A stretch of 56,995 bases of DNA, taken from an uncultured Verrucomicrobiales bacterium. Its GTDB lineage: Bacteria > Verrucomicrobiota > Verrucomicrobiia > Verrucomicrobiales > DEV007. The notes under the pieces are model-generated. The model was given only the letters and a program-made list of their open reading frames with translations. It was not told where the DNA came from and ran no database searches. Position numbers and translations under genes: made by a program. This document shows, piece after piece, positions 1 through 10,320 of this stretch (its first letter is position 1; each line of letters opens with the position of its first letter). The stretch spans positions 1-56,995 of the forward strand of contig CALKOM010000024.1 of assembly GCA_938091905.1 (NCBI GenBank), in the 5' to 3' direction.

Positions 1-2333
1 GTCGTCCGGAACAGGCCGGCGTGGTTGTACATCTCAAAGGGGAGGCCGAGCGGGTCCATCTTCTCATGACAGGTCCAACAGTATTTCTCTCGTGTGACGC
101 GCATGCGCTCGCGAAGGGTGGTCTTGGGCTCGTCCGGCAGCATGGCGTCCACGGTGATGGGCACATCGGGAATGCCGCCACCTAACAAGCGTTCACGGAT
201 CCAACGACCACGATGGATGGCATGATTGTCCATGGCATCGGAGTGCGAGACGAGCCAGGCGGGATGGGTCAGGATGCCCATGCGCTGGCCTTCCGGAGCG
301 CTGGCCAGGACGCGTTCGGGTTTCATGGAGCCATTGCCGAAGGAACGACGGCTGACCCTGGCAAAGATCTCGGGGCCTAACAGGTTCGCTTCGGCAACAT
401 CGACATTGCCTCGGTTGGGTCTCCTCTTGGTTCCTCGTTCGATTCGCTTCTTCACGCCAGCCAATTGCCTCTTGCGTTTGTCCAGAGACTTCTTGACCTG
501 CCTATCATCAGGACTGCTCTCCAAGCTGGTCTCAAGCTCAGCGACCTCGTTCTCTAACGTTTTAGCTTCAGTAAGGTCTTTCTTCGCATGCTCCTTGTCC
601 GCTTGCTTCTGCGCGACAAGCGCGACGCGTCTCTCCTCTTCGGTATGTCTCCGTCCGAAGTAAGTGTTGTCGGCCTTGGTCACGACCACTTGCTGAGTGG
701 TGAGCAACTCTTTGAGGACATCTTTGTCGCCTTCGAGAATGAGTTCGATCAGTCGATCCGTGCTCGCGGTCGCGTCAAACATGGCGCGGTAGTGTCCATT
801 GCCTCGGCTGGAGGCACCCGTATTCGCTAACGCGTTGGTGTCTTTGCAAATGTAGCCAGCGAGGTCGTGATCGAAGTAGTCGCGGAAGAAACGCAGGATT
901 CGCGGCTTCCTTAGACTGTCGTCGTTTAACATGCGGCCGACTTCGCGTTCCACGTCATTGCGCGTTCGCATGCGTCCTTCAACGATTGCTTGGCGAAGTG
1001 TCTCGTCGGGTTTGATGTAGCGCAGGGCGTGGTTCAGGGCCAGACCTAGCTCCCAATCCTGAAGCATGACGCGGCCGTGTTCGTCGGGCTTGCCGACTTC
1101 AGCCAACTCCGACCGGAATAGTGCATCGCGGTCGAGAAAGATGGCCGAAAGGCCCATGATGATGCCGTCTTCTCTGCCGACCTTGACAATGGAGTCCTTG
1201 ACGACATGGAGGTAGTCGTTGGATTCTTTCGTCGTGGGCGAGCGGAATGTTAGGGAATCAAATAGGTAGTCAACCGCAGCACGCAGGCGCTCGTCGGTGA
1301 CCTCAGTGTCAGGAAATTTCGACAAGTCGTAGACCGGAGTCAGCGGGCGCGTGACCTTCGTGCTATAGACCAGTGCTGTGGGCAGGCCACGGATGTCGCC
1401 CTCCATTTCGTAGGACTTTGGGTCGTCGGTGATCTGCTCTGGATTGGCGAGGCTCAACGGGCCGTTCGCCATGTAGCGAAGAATGTCCTCTGCCTTCCCG
1501 AGGATCTGCGTCGCCTCGGCGCTGTTGACAGTGTAAAAGTTAGGATAGTTCTCAAAGCCGTGCTTGCGTGCCGAAGAGAGGACCGCTGGCACGCTCTTGA
1601 CCGAGGTGGCGTAGGCCACGGTACCACCCTGCCACTTGATGATCCTGTCTGTCCCGAAGTAGAGCTTGAGCTCACCGCCGTGGTTGGTGGGAACGACATC
1701 GCCGCGAGTGCGCTGCCCAGGCTTCTTGGGATCGAACTTCGGCTCGGTGTTGATCAGTTCATTGAGGCGCGTGATGTGTTCCTGTGGCGTCACCCGCCAG
1801 ATGCGCGCTGGCGAGGACGTTGGCGCGATCCGAATGCCTTCGGGGAGGGGGCCAAAGAGGAGGTCATGATCGACAAAGTTGCCTTTGTTAGGATCGAGGT
1901 GGGCCTGGAAGCCACCCTTGTCCTCCATCTCGCGTTGCAGCTCGTTGACGACCCAATCGGAGAATCGCAGTCTCTCAACAATGTCAGGCTGCGATTGCTT
2001 CTTGGGCGGCATTTCCTGGAGCGTGACTTGAGCCCAGACCGACTTCCATACGGCTACGTTGGTTTCGTCTAGTGGTCCCAAATCGAGCAGCGAGAGATTG
2101 CCCTTGGCCGTGACATCGTCGTGGCATTCGAAACAATGCTTTTCCAAGAAGCCCTGGGCGAAGTCTTTGAATTCCCCGCGGATGGGCTCGCCGGGCGTGT
2201 AGGTGTCGGCAATGGCCGTGCCGAGTAGGGCAGCAACGGTTGCCGTCAGCAAGGCGAAGTAGCACGGGTTTGTAACCCGTGTCGTTTGGGGGAACACGGG
2301 TTGCAAACCCGTGCTACGTTCATGTACGTTCAT
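1..2333 (-). CDS. DUF1588-family (PSCyt/DUF1592-type) c-type cytochrome protein; 3' end runs off the window
   Basis: Absent from the ORF track because its stop lies outside the window. Manual translation from ATG 2333 gives [73 protein letters not shown] (signal peptide plus CxxCH). The same frame at the left edge reads [34 protein letters not shown]...[22 protein letters not shown], a DUF1588-like segment with a second CxxCH. The middle was not checked codon by codon. Partner DUF1552 gene is nearby. Confidence 0.85.
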   Translation of the reverse strand, partial: MNVHERSTGLQPVFPQTTRVTNPCYFALLTATVAALLGTAIADTYTPGEPIRGEFKDFAQGFLEKHCFECHDDVTAKGNLSLLDLGPLDETNVAVWKSVWAQVTLQEMPPKKQSQPDIVERLRFSDWVVNELQREMEDKGGFQAHLDPNKGNFVDHDLLFGPLPEGIRIAPTSSPARIWRVTPQEHITRLNELINTEPKFDPKKPGQRTRGDVVPTNHGGELKLYFGTDRIIKWQGGTVAYATSVKSVPAVLSSARKHGFENYPNFYTVNSAEATQILGKAEDILRYMANGPLSLANPEQITDDPKSYEMEGDIRGLPTALVYSTKVTRPLTPVYDLSKFPDTEVTDERLRAAVDYLFDSLTFRSPTTKESNDYLHVVKDSIVKVGREDGIIMGLSAIFLDRDALFRSELAEVGKPDEHGRVMLQDWELGLALNHALRYIKPDETLRQAIVEGRMRTRNDVEREVGRMLNDDSLRKPRILRFFRDYFDHDLAGYICKDTNALANTGASSRGNGHYRAMFDATASTDRLIELILEGDKDVLKELLTTQQVVVTKADNTYFGRRHTEEERRVALVAQKQADKEHAKKDLTEAKTLENEVAELETSLESSPDDRQVKKSLDKRKRQLAGVKKRIERGTKRRPNRGNVDVAEANLLGPEIFARVSRRSFGNGSMKPERVLASAPEGQRMGILTHPAWLVSHSDAMDNHAIHRGRWIRERLLGGGIPDVPITVDAMLPDEPKTTLRERMRVTREKYCWTCHEKMDPLGLPFEMYNHAGLFRT
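2259..2317. repeat. REP doublet (REPIN) 1, GTAG-type
   Basis: GTAGCACGGGTTTGTAACCCGTG (2259-2281, +) and GTAGCACGGGTTTGCAACCCGTG (2317-2295, -) are inverted about a 13-bp spacer. Each unit is GTAG plus an 8-bp stem (CACGGGTT/AACCCGTG) with a 3-nt loop. Confidence 0.93.
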
Positions 2334-3022
2334 TGTTGTTCGTCTTTGAAATCCCATCCGCATTCCCGCCAAGTTTCACTAACCCAACGCCTATCGTCTC
2401 CTTGTCCAAGATTCGCTTTGGCAGGATTCTTCCCGATGTATTGTAAACATTGCCAAAGATGCTCGGGTTCTCTGACGATCCGATCATAGCTTTCCTCCTG
2501 CCAAAAAGCACCAGATTTCCCGGACTCTGCATTGATCTTGCGAGCGCTTTCACGTTTGATGCTCCTTAAGATTTGTTCCAAGGAATAGTCTCCTAGCGGT
2601 CGAAGCAATGTGTGCACGTGATTTGGCATCACGACAAATGCGCCAGTCTCATGACGCTTCATGTGAAAGTAGAGCAGTGCGTCATGAACAATCTTGCGAT
2701 TGGAGTCATTCCGTAATACGCAGCTGCCTAATCGCTGATCAAGCCAACCTTCTGACTTCTTCATTACCATCTTGGCGTGCTGTTTCCAGAGTTCGTCCTG
2801 ATTGGACGGCCAGTTTTTCAGTTCTTGAGCCAATGTATCACGTAAAGATTTCAATTCGTTGAGTTTTGATTTTGGGAGCGAATCAACGAGGCGAAAGGTT
2901 ACGAAATAGGTGGCTCCTTGTTGCCTCCAATGGGGGAGGTTGCGTTCGTAGAGTTGGATCTCTCCATCAGGATCCAACCCTTGAAATTCAGGCGGCGGAT
3001 CTAGGAAGAAGTGACCTTTCAT
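2330..3022 (-). CDS. REP-associated tyrosine transposase (RAYT; IS200/IS605 Y1 HUH superfamily)
   Basis: Motifs [22 protein letters not shown] (HUH), [12 protein letters not shown] and QYIGKNP (catalytic Tyr). Flanked on both sides by REP doublets. Confidence 0.93.
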   Translation of the reverse strand: MKGHFFLDPPPEFQGLDPDGEIQLYERNLPHWRQQGATYFVTFRLVDSLPKSKLNELKSLRDTLAQELKNWPSNQDELWKQHAKMVMKKSEGWLDQRLGSCVLRNDSNRKIVHDALLYFHMKRHETGAFVVMPNHVHTLLRPLGDYSLEQILRSIKRESARKINAESGKSGAFWQEESYDRIVREPEHLWQCLQYIGKNPAKANLGQGDDRRWVSETWRECGWDFKDEQQ

Positions 3023-3040
3023 TCATTGATAAATCGTCGC

Positions 3041-3104
3041 ATGGCACGGGTTTGTAGCCCGTGGGTGTGTGGGGGGGGAACCACGGGTTGCAAACCCGTG
3101 CTAC
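3041..3104. repeat. REP doublet (REPIN) 2
   Basis: Degenerate ATGGCACGGGTTTGTAGCCCGTG (3041-3063, +) and exact GTAGCACGGGTTTGCAACCCGTG (3104-3082, -), with an 18-bp G-rich spacer resembling that of doublet 1. Confidence 0.92.
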
Positions 3105-3117
3105 GCTACGTGACACA

Positions 3118-4440
3118 TCACACCAGAAGCTCTTTGAGAGGACCGCTGCCGGTGTCGAACTTCTTGGCGAGCTTCTCGCTCATGTTGAAGCGCTCGCACT
3201 CAATGCCGGAAGCGCGAAGGATGGTTGCGTAGAGGGCATTGATAGGGCGCTTGCCGTCCAGTTGCGTGAACCGACCGGTCTTGAAGGCGCCGTTTGCATT
3301 GCCGAGAAGCATCACAGGCCAATTGGCCCCGTTGGTGTGCTGCTTGTCGGCGTTGTTACTTGTGTAGACGATCAGCGTGTTGTCCATCATGGTGCCGCTG
3401 CCTTCGGGCACTTTTTCCAATTCCTCCATGAGCTTCACTAACATGCGGCTGTTGTATTGGCGGATCTTGATCCAGATCGGATTGTCTGGCTGTTTCATGT
3501 GACCGAGGTTGTGCCCTTGCTGCTCGATGCCCAGACCCTTCCACGCGCCGAAGATCTCGCCACGGCCTGAACCAACGGTGAGTACATTCGTGATGCCTGA
3601 CTTCAGCGCGGAGATGCCGAGGTCCAGGAGAATGTCGTGCCAGTCGGTCTCGAATTCGGGTGTGGTATAACGGTCGTCCACCTCGGGTGCAAACGTGCGA
3701 AGATGGTCAGAGACATTGCCGAGACGGTCACGCAGACCGTTGATGTCATGGAAGCCCTGCACGTACTGCGCGTAGCGTTCTTTGTCAGGGCCTGGTAGCA
3801 CAGCTCCCTTGGCGGCTGCCAACTGCTCGATGCGATCGAACATGCTGGACCGAGCCTCATGTTGCTTGCGGATGTCACCCTGGGAAATCCCGCCGTAGAG
3901 CATCTGATAGAGATGATTCGGGTTGGAGTGCATGAAGATCGGCTGGCCCGCGCCGCTGGCAGAAAGGTTGGCGACCGTGGGCTTGCCCCGCATGTTCTCC
4001 ATGGAATCCATGCCAATGCACAGATGAGGTAAGAGCGTTTCCGGCAGGACCTTGCTCAGTTCGTAGTCGATGGTGGGTCCGCTAGGAGGGACGCCATCGC
4101 TTCCACGATAGCCGCCGAGCGCGCCAAAGAAGGCGCTGTGTGCGGGGCTGGTGTGGAGGCCGTGCAAACCGTTGATGATGTGGAGACGTTCCCTGAAGGG
4201 CTCCAATGCCTCAATGGGCTCGGGCAGCTTTGCTGTGGCCAGCGAGCCGTTGTTAGCCATTCCCGTTGGGACACACGTAGCCGGGTCGAAGCCTTGATTC
4301 TGCATGAAGAAGATCACGCGTTTCGGACCACCGGAACCAATAGAAGCCGCTCGGCTGATTCCCGGGAAGATGGAGGATCCCAGAGCGGTGCCGGCGCTGG
4401 CAGCCATTCCCTTGAGCAGATTTCTACGATTCAAATGCAT
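3118..4440 (-). CDS. DUF1552 family protein
   Basis: N-terminal NRRNLLK (Tat-like), [29 protein letters not shown] and [16 protein letters not shown]...H...WPVMLLG are typical of DUF1552. Usual partner of DUF1588/1592 genes. Confidence 0.85.
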   Translation of the reverse strand: MHLNRRNLLKGMAASAGTALGSSIFPGISRAASIGSGGPKRVIFFMQNQGFDPATCVPTGMANNGSLATAKLPEPIEALEPFRERLHIINGLHGLHTSPAHSAFFGALGGYRGSDGVPPSGPTIDYELSKVLPETLLPHLCIGMDSMENMRGKPTVANLSASGAGQPIFMHSNPNHLYQMLYGGISQGDIRKQHEARSSMFDRIEQLAAAKGAVLPGPDKERYAQYVQGFHDINGLRDRLGNVSDHLRTFAPEVDDRYTTPEFETDWHDILLDLGISALKSGITNVLTVGSGRGEIFGAWKGLGIEQQGHNLGHMKQPDNPIWIKIRQYNSRMLVKLMEELEKVPEGSGTMMDNTLIVYTSNNADKQHTNGANWPVMLLGNANGAFKTGRFTQLDGKRPINALYATILRASGIECERFNMSEKLAKKFDTGSGPLKELLV

Positions 4441-4569
4441 ACCGTCCTAAGAAACCCCAGTAGATCACAAACGAACTCGAAAAAACAGCGCAGGGTCAGG
4501 GAGATCTAGCTCCGACTGGCAGTCGAAGCGGTAGAAGGTGGCGAGGAGGGCTTCGATTGCCAATCGACG

Positions 4570-5979
4570 CTACATTGGGGCGATTCGTTCGCTGCCCACA
4601 TCGGTGGTTAGCATCACGTGGCTATTGAAGCTCTCAAGGATGAGTTCATTCTTTAAAGTCTCTGACTTGGGGTCATCCCATAGGTTGTGGTGCTCCCACG
4701 GATCGGTTTCCAGGTCGAAGAGTTCGCCAAGATTGTCTCGGTGGTAGATCACAAGTTTGTGTTTCTTGGTACGATGCATGGTTGCATACGACGCACGCCC
4801 CCCCGTGTTCGTGAATGAGCCGTCCAGAGCGTCAAAGTATTCGGAACGCACACTGTCGCGATGGTGATCGTTTGGAGCCTCTCCGACAAGAATGGGGCGT
4901 AGACTCATGCCTTGAAAGTAAGAGGGCTGTTCGACTCCGGCGAAATCGAGGATGGTCGCACTCATGTCTAACAGTTCAACGAGTGCGCCGCTCTGGACGG
5001 AGTTCGCTACCGTGCCTGGACAATTGAACACAAGGGGCACGCGGACGAGACCTTCGTAGAAGCGACAGCCTTTGAAGAGGAGGCCGTGGTCTGCTAACGA
5101 TTCACCATGGTCGCTGGTGAAAATGATGATCGTGTTCTCACGTTGACCCGTCCGGTCAAGGTGCTCGACGATACGTGCGAACTGGTCGTCGATGAGCGAG
5201 ATCATGGCGTAGTAGAGCGCCTGCGTTTTTCTAGCATTGATCTCTTCAGGTGTCTTGGCCTCCGTTTGAAAGTCGACGGCCGTGAGTTTCTGCTGAGCCT
5301 CAAGGTCACTCGACTTGAAATGAGGGCCAGGCATGGAGTTTGGATCGAAGCGGTCGGCGTAAGACTTTGGTGGGATAAACGGTGGATGTGGATCGTAAGG
5401 ATTGATATTGAGCATCCATGGTTTGTCCTGGCAATGAGCCGAGTCCAGGAACTCGATCGCCCTCTCAGTAGCCCATGTGGTCTGGTGAAATTCAGACGGC
5501 ACGCGATCCTCACTTTTCCTCATGGCCTCTAAATCTCCACCACGATCCCGGACCCAGTCAGCGTAGTCGTGGCCTTCCTTCCAGTCGTCTCTCGGCGCGT
5601 GGCTGAACTTCCAAAAGGCAAATCCATCGTCGAGCCTTGGCTCGGTCCGATGGCCGGCACTTTGGAGATGAAACTTGCCAATCAGGCCGCAGTGGTATCC
5701 GGCATCGGCGACGAGTTTACTGATAAGGGGAGGGCAACCATCGAGCGAGGCATTGCCGTTTCTAGTGTTATGCGCACGGCTCGGATACAGACCCGTCATG
5801 AAACTGGTGCGACTTGGTGTGCAGATGGGACTCTGACAGTAAACATGAGTGAAGGCGGTGCCGCTTTCGACAAGCGAGTCAATCGCCGGAGTGCGCACAT
5901 GAGAATTGCCCAAGGCGCCGATGGTGTCGAAGCGTTGTTGGTCGGTGCAGTACCACAGGATGTTAGGTTGACGGGTCAT
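4570..5979 (-). CDS. Sulfatase (Cys-type), no signal peptide
   Basis: PNILW..DQQR, CTPSR, GKFHL, DPHPP, FTSDHG motifs. The catalytic domain starts at residue 5. Confidence 0.95.
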   Translation of the reverse strand: MTRQPNILWYCTDQQRFDTIGALGNSHVRTPAIDSLVESGTAFTHVYCQSPICTPSRTSFMTGLYPSRAHNTRNGNASLDGCPPLISKLVADAGYHCGLIGKFHLQSAGHRTEPRLDDGFAFWKFSHAPRDDWKEGHDYADWVRDRGGDLEAMRKSEDRVPSEFHQTTWATERAIEFLDSAHCQDKPWMLNINPYDPHPPFIPPKSYADRFDPNSMPGPHFKSSDLEAQQKLTAVDFQTEAKTPEEINARKTQALYYAMISLIDDQFARIVEHLDRTGQRENTIIIFTSDHGESLADHGLLFKGCRFYEGLVRVPLVFNCPGTVANSVQSGALVELLDMSATILDFAGVEQPSYFQGMSLRPILVGEAPNDHHRDSVRSEYFDALDGSFTNTGGRASYATMHRTKKHKLVIYHRDNLGELFDLETDPWEHHNLWDDPKSETLKNELILESFNSHVMLTTDVGSERIAPM

Positions 5980-6001
5980 GTTTGATGTTGGATGGGGGTG
6001 G

Positions 6002-7459
6002 TTACGAAGCGTTTAAATGAATTTGCCTCTGTTGGCGGTAGGACCAAATAGATAGCAGAACGGCAAAGATGAGAAAGGTTAGGGAACCTGGACGAGTGAC
6101 TAAGGGCCACCAAGAGCCTCCTGAACTCATTAGTCCCGTGATCATTGATTCCTCGCCGAGTGGAGCTAGAATGAATCCGATGACAAAGGGAGCCAGAGGT
6201 ACACGCCAGCGCTCTAATAGGAAGCCGACCACGCCAAATCCTATCATGACCCAAACATCGAAGAAACGATTGGCGAGGCCGAACGAGCCCAGAACACAGA
6301 AAGCAGCGACAACGGGCACAAGGTAGTGATGGCGCACGGAGGCGAGGCGGGCAATCCAACGAGCCGAAAGAAGCATGATGCCGAGCATCGCGACATTGGC
6401 CCACAGATACGTGGAGATGATGGTGCTGACAATCTGAGGGTCATTTGCAAATAGCATGGGGCCAGGCTGCAAACCGTGGATCACAAACGCACCGAGGAGG
6501 ATGGCGTCGATCACACTGCCAGGAATTCCCAGAGCGATGAGGGGAACGAGGGCGCCTCCGACCGTGGCGTTATTCGCAGATTCGGAGGCAACGATTCCCT
6601 CATCGCATCCCTTCCCAAATTTATCTGGCGTTTGCGAGCTGCCGCGGGCTGTCGAATAGGCAATCAGGGAGCCAATATTCGCGCCGATGCCGGGGAGAAT
6701 GCCAACACCTGTCCCAATCACACCCGATCGCAAGAGATTGAGGCCTTGCGCTTTCCAAGTTCTCCACTTGATCAGCATTGAATCGCTGATTCTCGTGGTT
6801 TGCACCAGCTCATCTGCCGGAGCTAACAGGCGGCTGAGGGCGAAAAGTCCTATCAGAACAGTAAGAGGCTTGAAGCCGTCGTCAAAGGCACTCATGCCAA
6901 ATGTCAGTCGCAATTCGCCAGTGGCTGGGGCGGTGCCGGGCAAAGCGCAAAGGATGCCAAGACAGCATGAAAGTATACCGAGTGTCAATGACTTGCCGCT
7001 GACGCCAGCGACGAGCACAAGCGCCATGAGAACAAGAGAAAAGTAATCAAATGGGCCAAGCAACGTTGATAGGCTAGCAATCGGCTTTGCTAGGCAAGCC
7101 AGGGCAGCCCACGATAGCAATCCACCGATGAAAGATGCGCCGATTCCTAAGGAAAGAGCACGGCCTCCCCTGCCTGACTGGGTCATTGGGTAGCCATCGA
7201 GCGTGGTGATGACGGAGGCCGGTGTGCCGGGCATTCGCAGTAATGTGGCGGTGATCAGTCCGCCGCTGACGGAGCCGACGTACATGGCAACTAAAAGCGT
7301 TAGGGCTGCTTGACCATCCATGCTGAAAGTAAGTGGCACCGTAAGCGAGATTAGCATGGCTCCAGTGAGCCCTGGAATGGCGCCAACGGTGATGCCAAGG
7401 GCGACACCCAGGATAGCGAGAGCCATCAGTCCAGGTTGGCTCATGATGTGGAAAACCAT
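6002..7459 (-). CDS. tctA: Tripartite tricarboxylate transporter large permease TctA
   Basis: GAIPGL, MPGTPASVITTLDGYPM, GILPGIG, ESANNA, LGIPGS and GLQPGP motifs; polytopic hydrophobic protein. Confidence 0.95.
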   Translation of the reverse strand: MVFHIMSQPGLMALAILGVALGITVGAIPGLTGAMLISLTVPLTFSMDGQAALTLLVAMYVGSVSGGLITATLLRMPGTPASVITTLDGYPMTQSGRGGRALSLGIGASFIGGLLSWAALACLAKPIASLSTLLGPFDYFSLVLMALVLVAGVSGKSLTLGILSCCLGILCALPGTAPATGELRLTFGMSAFDDGFKPLTVLIGLFALSRLLAPADELVQTTRISDSMLIKWRTWKAQGLNLLRSGVIGTGVGILPGIGANIGSLIAYSTARGSSQTPDKFGKGCDEGIVASESANNATVGGALVPLIALGIPGSVIDAILLGAFVIHGLQPGPMLFANDPQIVSTIISTYLWANVAMLGIMLLSARWIARLASVRHHYLVPVVAAFCVLGSFGLANRFFDVWVMIGFGVVGFLLERWRVPLAPFVIGFILAPLGEESMITGLMSSGGSWWPLVTRPGSLTFLIFAVLLSIWSYRQQRQIHLNAS

Positions 7460-7461
7460 GT

Positions 7462-8778
7462 TTAGGGAAGATCGATGACGAGCAGTTTAGTGAATATCAA
7501 AGAACAGGCCCAACCCAGGCCTATACCCGTGACCACAAGTCGCGTGGTGGTTCTCCAAGAGCGCGCTCCCGCGGCCCTTCCCATCAAGGGGATAAATGCG
7601 GCTGTGGCGAACGCGTAAGGTAGCCCAAAGATCTGCATTGCTAGCACATAAGCAACGAGTGCTCCCACGCAGAAAGTGAGGGTTGTCCAAGCCGATTTAC
7701 TGGCATGGGCAGGTGAAGGGGCTTTCCGTTGGAAAGATGTCCAGACCGCCAGGAGCACCATTAAGAATGTGAGAGCGAGTGTCCACGGCACAAGATTTGG
7801 AAGGCCATCGAACGTCACCAAAGCAACGTCTTGAAAATCGGTTTCTCGGTTAGCAAGGTGGTTACGCAGAGCTTTGTCTCGCAGGAACAATGGCTGGATC
7901 TTCAACTCCTCTAATTTGTTTTGCACGTAGCCTGTTGCCATAGCCGCTTCAAGAACATCGGCGATCATGTCGATCGCTGCATTTGGCGTCGATTTCGGAG
8001 CCCACCAATATTGGACATGTCTCATGATGACATCGAAACCTTGCTCACGGGCAGTAGGAATCTCGGGTGCTTCTGGGAGCCGCGCCGCTCCTAGATAGGC
8101 GATGGCCCGAACACCGTTCTCTCGGAAATTTGAATACTCCGCGAGTGAAAAGGGGGTCACGTCAATGTGGCCGCCAATCAGGTCATTGAATCTCTTGGTG
8201 CCCCCGCCACTAGCGACATATCGAAACTTTCCAGCGTTCTCTTTTCTAGCAGTTTCCAATTTACGGCCAACGAAATGAGTTGGTGTACCTTGTGCCATGC
8301 CAAACCTTATTTTCTCAGGCTGACTTCCAGCCGTGGCCATCAGTTCGGAGAGATTGCTGAATGGAGAATCCTCCAGAACACAAACGACCAAGTTCGATTG
8401 CCCCGTAGCAGCGATGGCTCGAAACGCTTCCGGCCCGTAGGTAGTTCGCCCCGCATACTTCGAGGATAGGATGCCTTCGTGAAGACAGAGAATAGTGTGG
8501 CCGTCTGCAGTCGCTTGGCGAGCGCGTCGGCTGCCTATTGTGCCCCCTGCTCCGGGAACGTTGATGACTACTAGCGGTTGCGCTAATAATTGTTCATCTC
8601 GAACTGCTTTCTGTATGATCCTAACGAAGCTGTCGCTGCCACCTCCTGCAGGAAAAGGTACCACAACTTTGATAGGTTTTCCTGGATAAGAATCCACGGC
8701 GTCGCTCGCGCTGTCGAAACATCCGGGGAGAATGAGCAAGCCTAACGTGAAGACAACGAAGATCACAAGGTGACGCAT
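7462..8778 (-). CDS. TTT substrate-binding protein TctC fused to a C-terminal TctB-like membrane domain
   Basis: Lipobox LILPGC, YPGKPIKVVVPFPAGGGSD, NVPGAGGTIG and DGHTIL (Bug/TctC). The last ~110 aa carry about four hydrophobic helices ending IFTKLLVIDLP (TctB-like). Start at 8778 is preferred over 8835. Confidence 0.88.
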   Translation of the reverse strand: MRHLVIFVVFTLGLLILPGCFDSASDAVDSYPGKPIKVVVPFPAGGGSDSFVRIIQKAVRDEQLLAQPLVVINVPGAGGTIGSRRARQATADGHTILCLHEGILSSKYAGRTTYGPEAFRAIAATGQSNLVVCVLEDSPFSNLSELMATAGSQPEKIRFGMAQGTPTHFVGRKLETARKENAGKFRYVASGGGTKRFNDLIGGHIDVTPFSLAEYSNFRENGVRAIAYLGAARLPEAPEIPTAREQGFDVIMRHVQYWWAPKSTPNAAIDMIADVLEAAMATGYVQNKLEELKIQPLFLRDKALRNHLANRETDFQDVALVTFDGLPNLVPWTLALTFLMVLLAVWTSFQRKAPSPAHASKSAWTTLTFCVGALVAYVLAMQIFGLPYAFATAAFIPLMGRAAGARSWRTTTRLVVTGIGLGWACSLIFTKLLVIDLP

Positions 8779-8880
8779 CAATGAATAACGAATGTGTGGT
8801 CGTTTGCTTGCCGTCATTCGGTAGGAAAGATTCATTTCGAGCTTTAGAGAGAAATTCTCGTAGTCCCAAAGGGACTTTTA

Positions 8881-10320
8881 CTAAGATCTAGGTTTGTTAG
8901 GTGCGAGGTCGGAGCGTTGGGGCTGTGGATCGAAGAAGCGTGCATTTTCACCCGCGTGGTCGTGGTCACCGATGTCCTTTCGAGCGCGGTTGATCAGAGT
9001 CATGAGTTCGGCGACGACCTGCGGATGATCGTCGGCAAGGTTGTTAGATTCGGAGATGTCGGCGTCAAGGTCGAACAGCATTGGGTCCTCAATGGCGATC
9101 GCGTCTTCGGGTTTGCTGTAGTGCACCCACATCTTGTCTGCCGGTCGAGGGACATGCAGCTTCCAGCGTCCGGCCCGCACGGCCTCAAGTCGCGTCCGAC
9201 GGTAGAAGTAGAACGCCTCTGTTGGGCTCTTCGCTCCAGGGGTGGCGTGGAGGAGATCGCGGATGTCGTGGCCATCGATCACACGATCGTTCGGAACCGA
9301 TGCCCCAGCGAGCTTGGCAAAGGTCGGCAGTAAATCCATGGTCGAGGCGACTTCGTCACACTCGGTGCCCGCAGGAACCTTGTTAGGTGCACGAATGATG
9401 AAAGGGACGCGCAATCCTCCCTCCCAGGTAGACGTTTTCGCGCCCCGTAGTGGGGATGCGGATCCTCCGTGGGCTTCCGCATCCTTGCCGATGCGTTTGA
9501 GATGCCCCTTACTACGACCGAGATACCACGGCCCATTGTCGCTAGTAAAGATGACGTAGGTCGACTGGTCGAGGCCTTGCTCCGTCAGTGTATTAAGGAT
9601 CCGTCCAACGTTTGCGTCGATTTCTTCGATGACATCGCCATAGATTCCATTAGCAGACTTGCCTTTGAACGGCTTGGAAGCATCCAATAAGACGTGTGGC
9701 ATGGTATGGGCGAGATAGACAAAGAAGGGCTGATCCTTGTTGCGCTTGATGAAGGCGATGGACTCGTCCGTGTAGCGTTTGGTTAGTGTGCTCATGTCAG
9801 CCCTCTTCTCGATCATTTCCTCGTTGCGGATGAGGTGAACCACGGAGTCGTTGCTAGATGGGGTGCCGAAGAAATAATCGAAGCCTTGATGCTTCGGCAG
9901 AAGTTCCGGTGTGTAGCCGAGCTGAGAATGCCCGGCTAGGTCCCACTTCCCAAAAGCCGCCGTTGCGTATCCAGCCTCCTTCAGCACCTCGGCAATGGTG
10001 ATCTCCTTCGAATGCAGATGAGGGTGCGTTTCAACGACGTTGTCTTTGATCGCGACCCGCAGTGGGTAGCAACCGGTCATCAACGCTGCCCGTGACGGAC
10101 CGCAGACTGTCTGGGCGTAAAAGCTGGTTAGCCGCCTGCCTTCCTTTGCCATCTGGTCAAAGTGTGGCGTCCTGATCGTTTTCGAGCCGAAACACGAGAG
10201 GTCGCCGTAACCCAAGTCGTCGGCGAAGATAAGAACGATATTTGGTTTCGCGGCGACGGCCTGCATGGAGAAGCAGAACGTGACGAGTATGCTGAGGATG
10301 GCAGCAATAACGGAGGGCAT
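8881..10320 (-). CDS. Sulfatase (arylsulfatase A-like), secreted
   Basis: Signal peptide from ATG 10320 (MPSVIAAIL...AVA), KPNIVLIFADDLGYGD, CGPSR, SDNGP, EGGLRVP. The upstream extension to 10566 does not look coding. Confidence 0.93.
   Translation of the reverse strand: MPSVIAAILSILVTFCFSMQAVAAKPNIVLIFADDLGYGDLSCFGSKTIRTPHFDQMAKEGRRLTSFYAQTVCGPSRAALMTGCYPLRVAIKDNVVETHPHLHSKEITIAEVLKEAGYATAAFGKWDLAGHSQLGYTPELLPKHQGFDYFFGTPSSNDSVVHLIRNEEMIEKRADMSTLTKRYTDESIAFIKRNKDQPFFVYLAHTMPHVLLDASKPFKGKSANGIYGDVIEEIDANVGRILNTLTEQGLDQSTYVIFTSDNGPWYLGRSKGHLKRIGKDAEAHGGSASPLRGAKTSTWEGGLRVPFIIRAPNKVPAGTECDEVASTMDLLPTFAKLAGASVPNDRVIDGHDIRDLLHATPGAKSPTEAFYFYRRTRLEAVRAGRWKLHVPRPADKMWVHYSKPEDAIAIEDPMLFDLDADISESNNLADDHPQVVAELMTLINRARKDIGDHDHAGENARFFDPQPQRSDLAPNKPRS

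Noticed and set aside
226..2265. Short ORFs in the track across 226-2265
   Set aside because: They are shadow or alternate frames of the long minus-strand cytochrome gene that runs off the window.
2259..3104. Palindromic repeats as a CRISPR array
   Set aside because: Only four units, in inverted pairs with 13-18 bp related spacers, flanking a transposase, with no cas genes. They fit REP doublets.
4509..4529. Hairpin GCTTCGACT-GCC-AGTCGGAGC (minus strand) between the sulfatase and DUF1552
   Set aside because: It has a 9-bp stem but no U tract and no similarity to the REP; function cannot be assigned.
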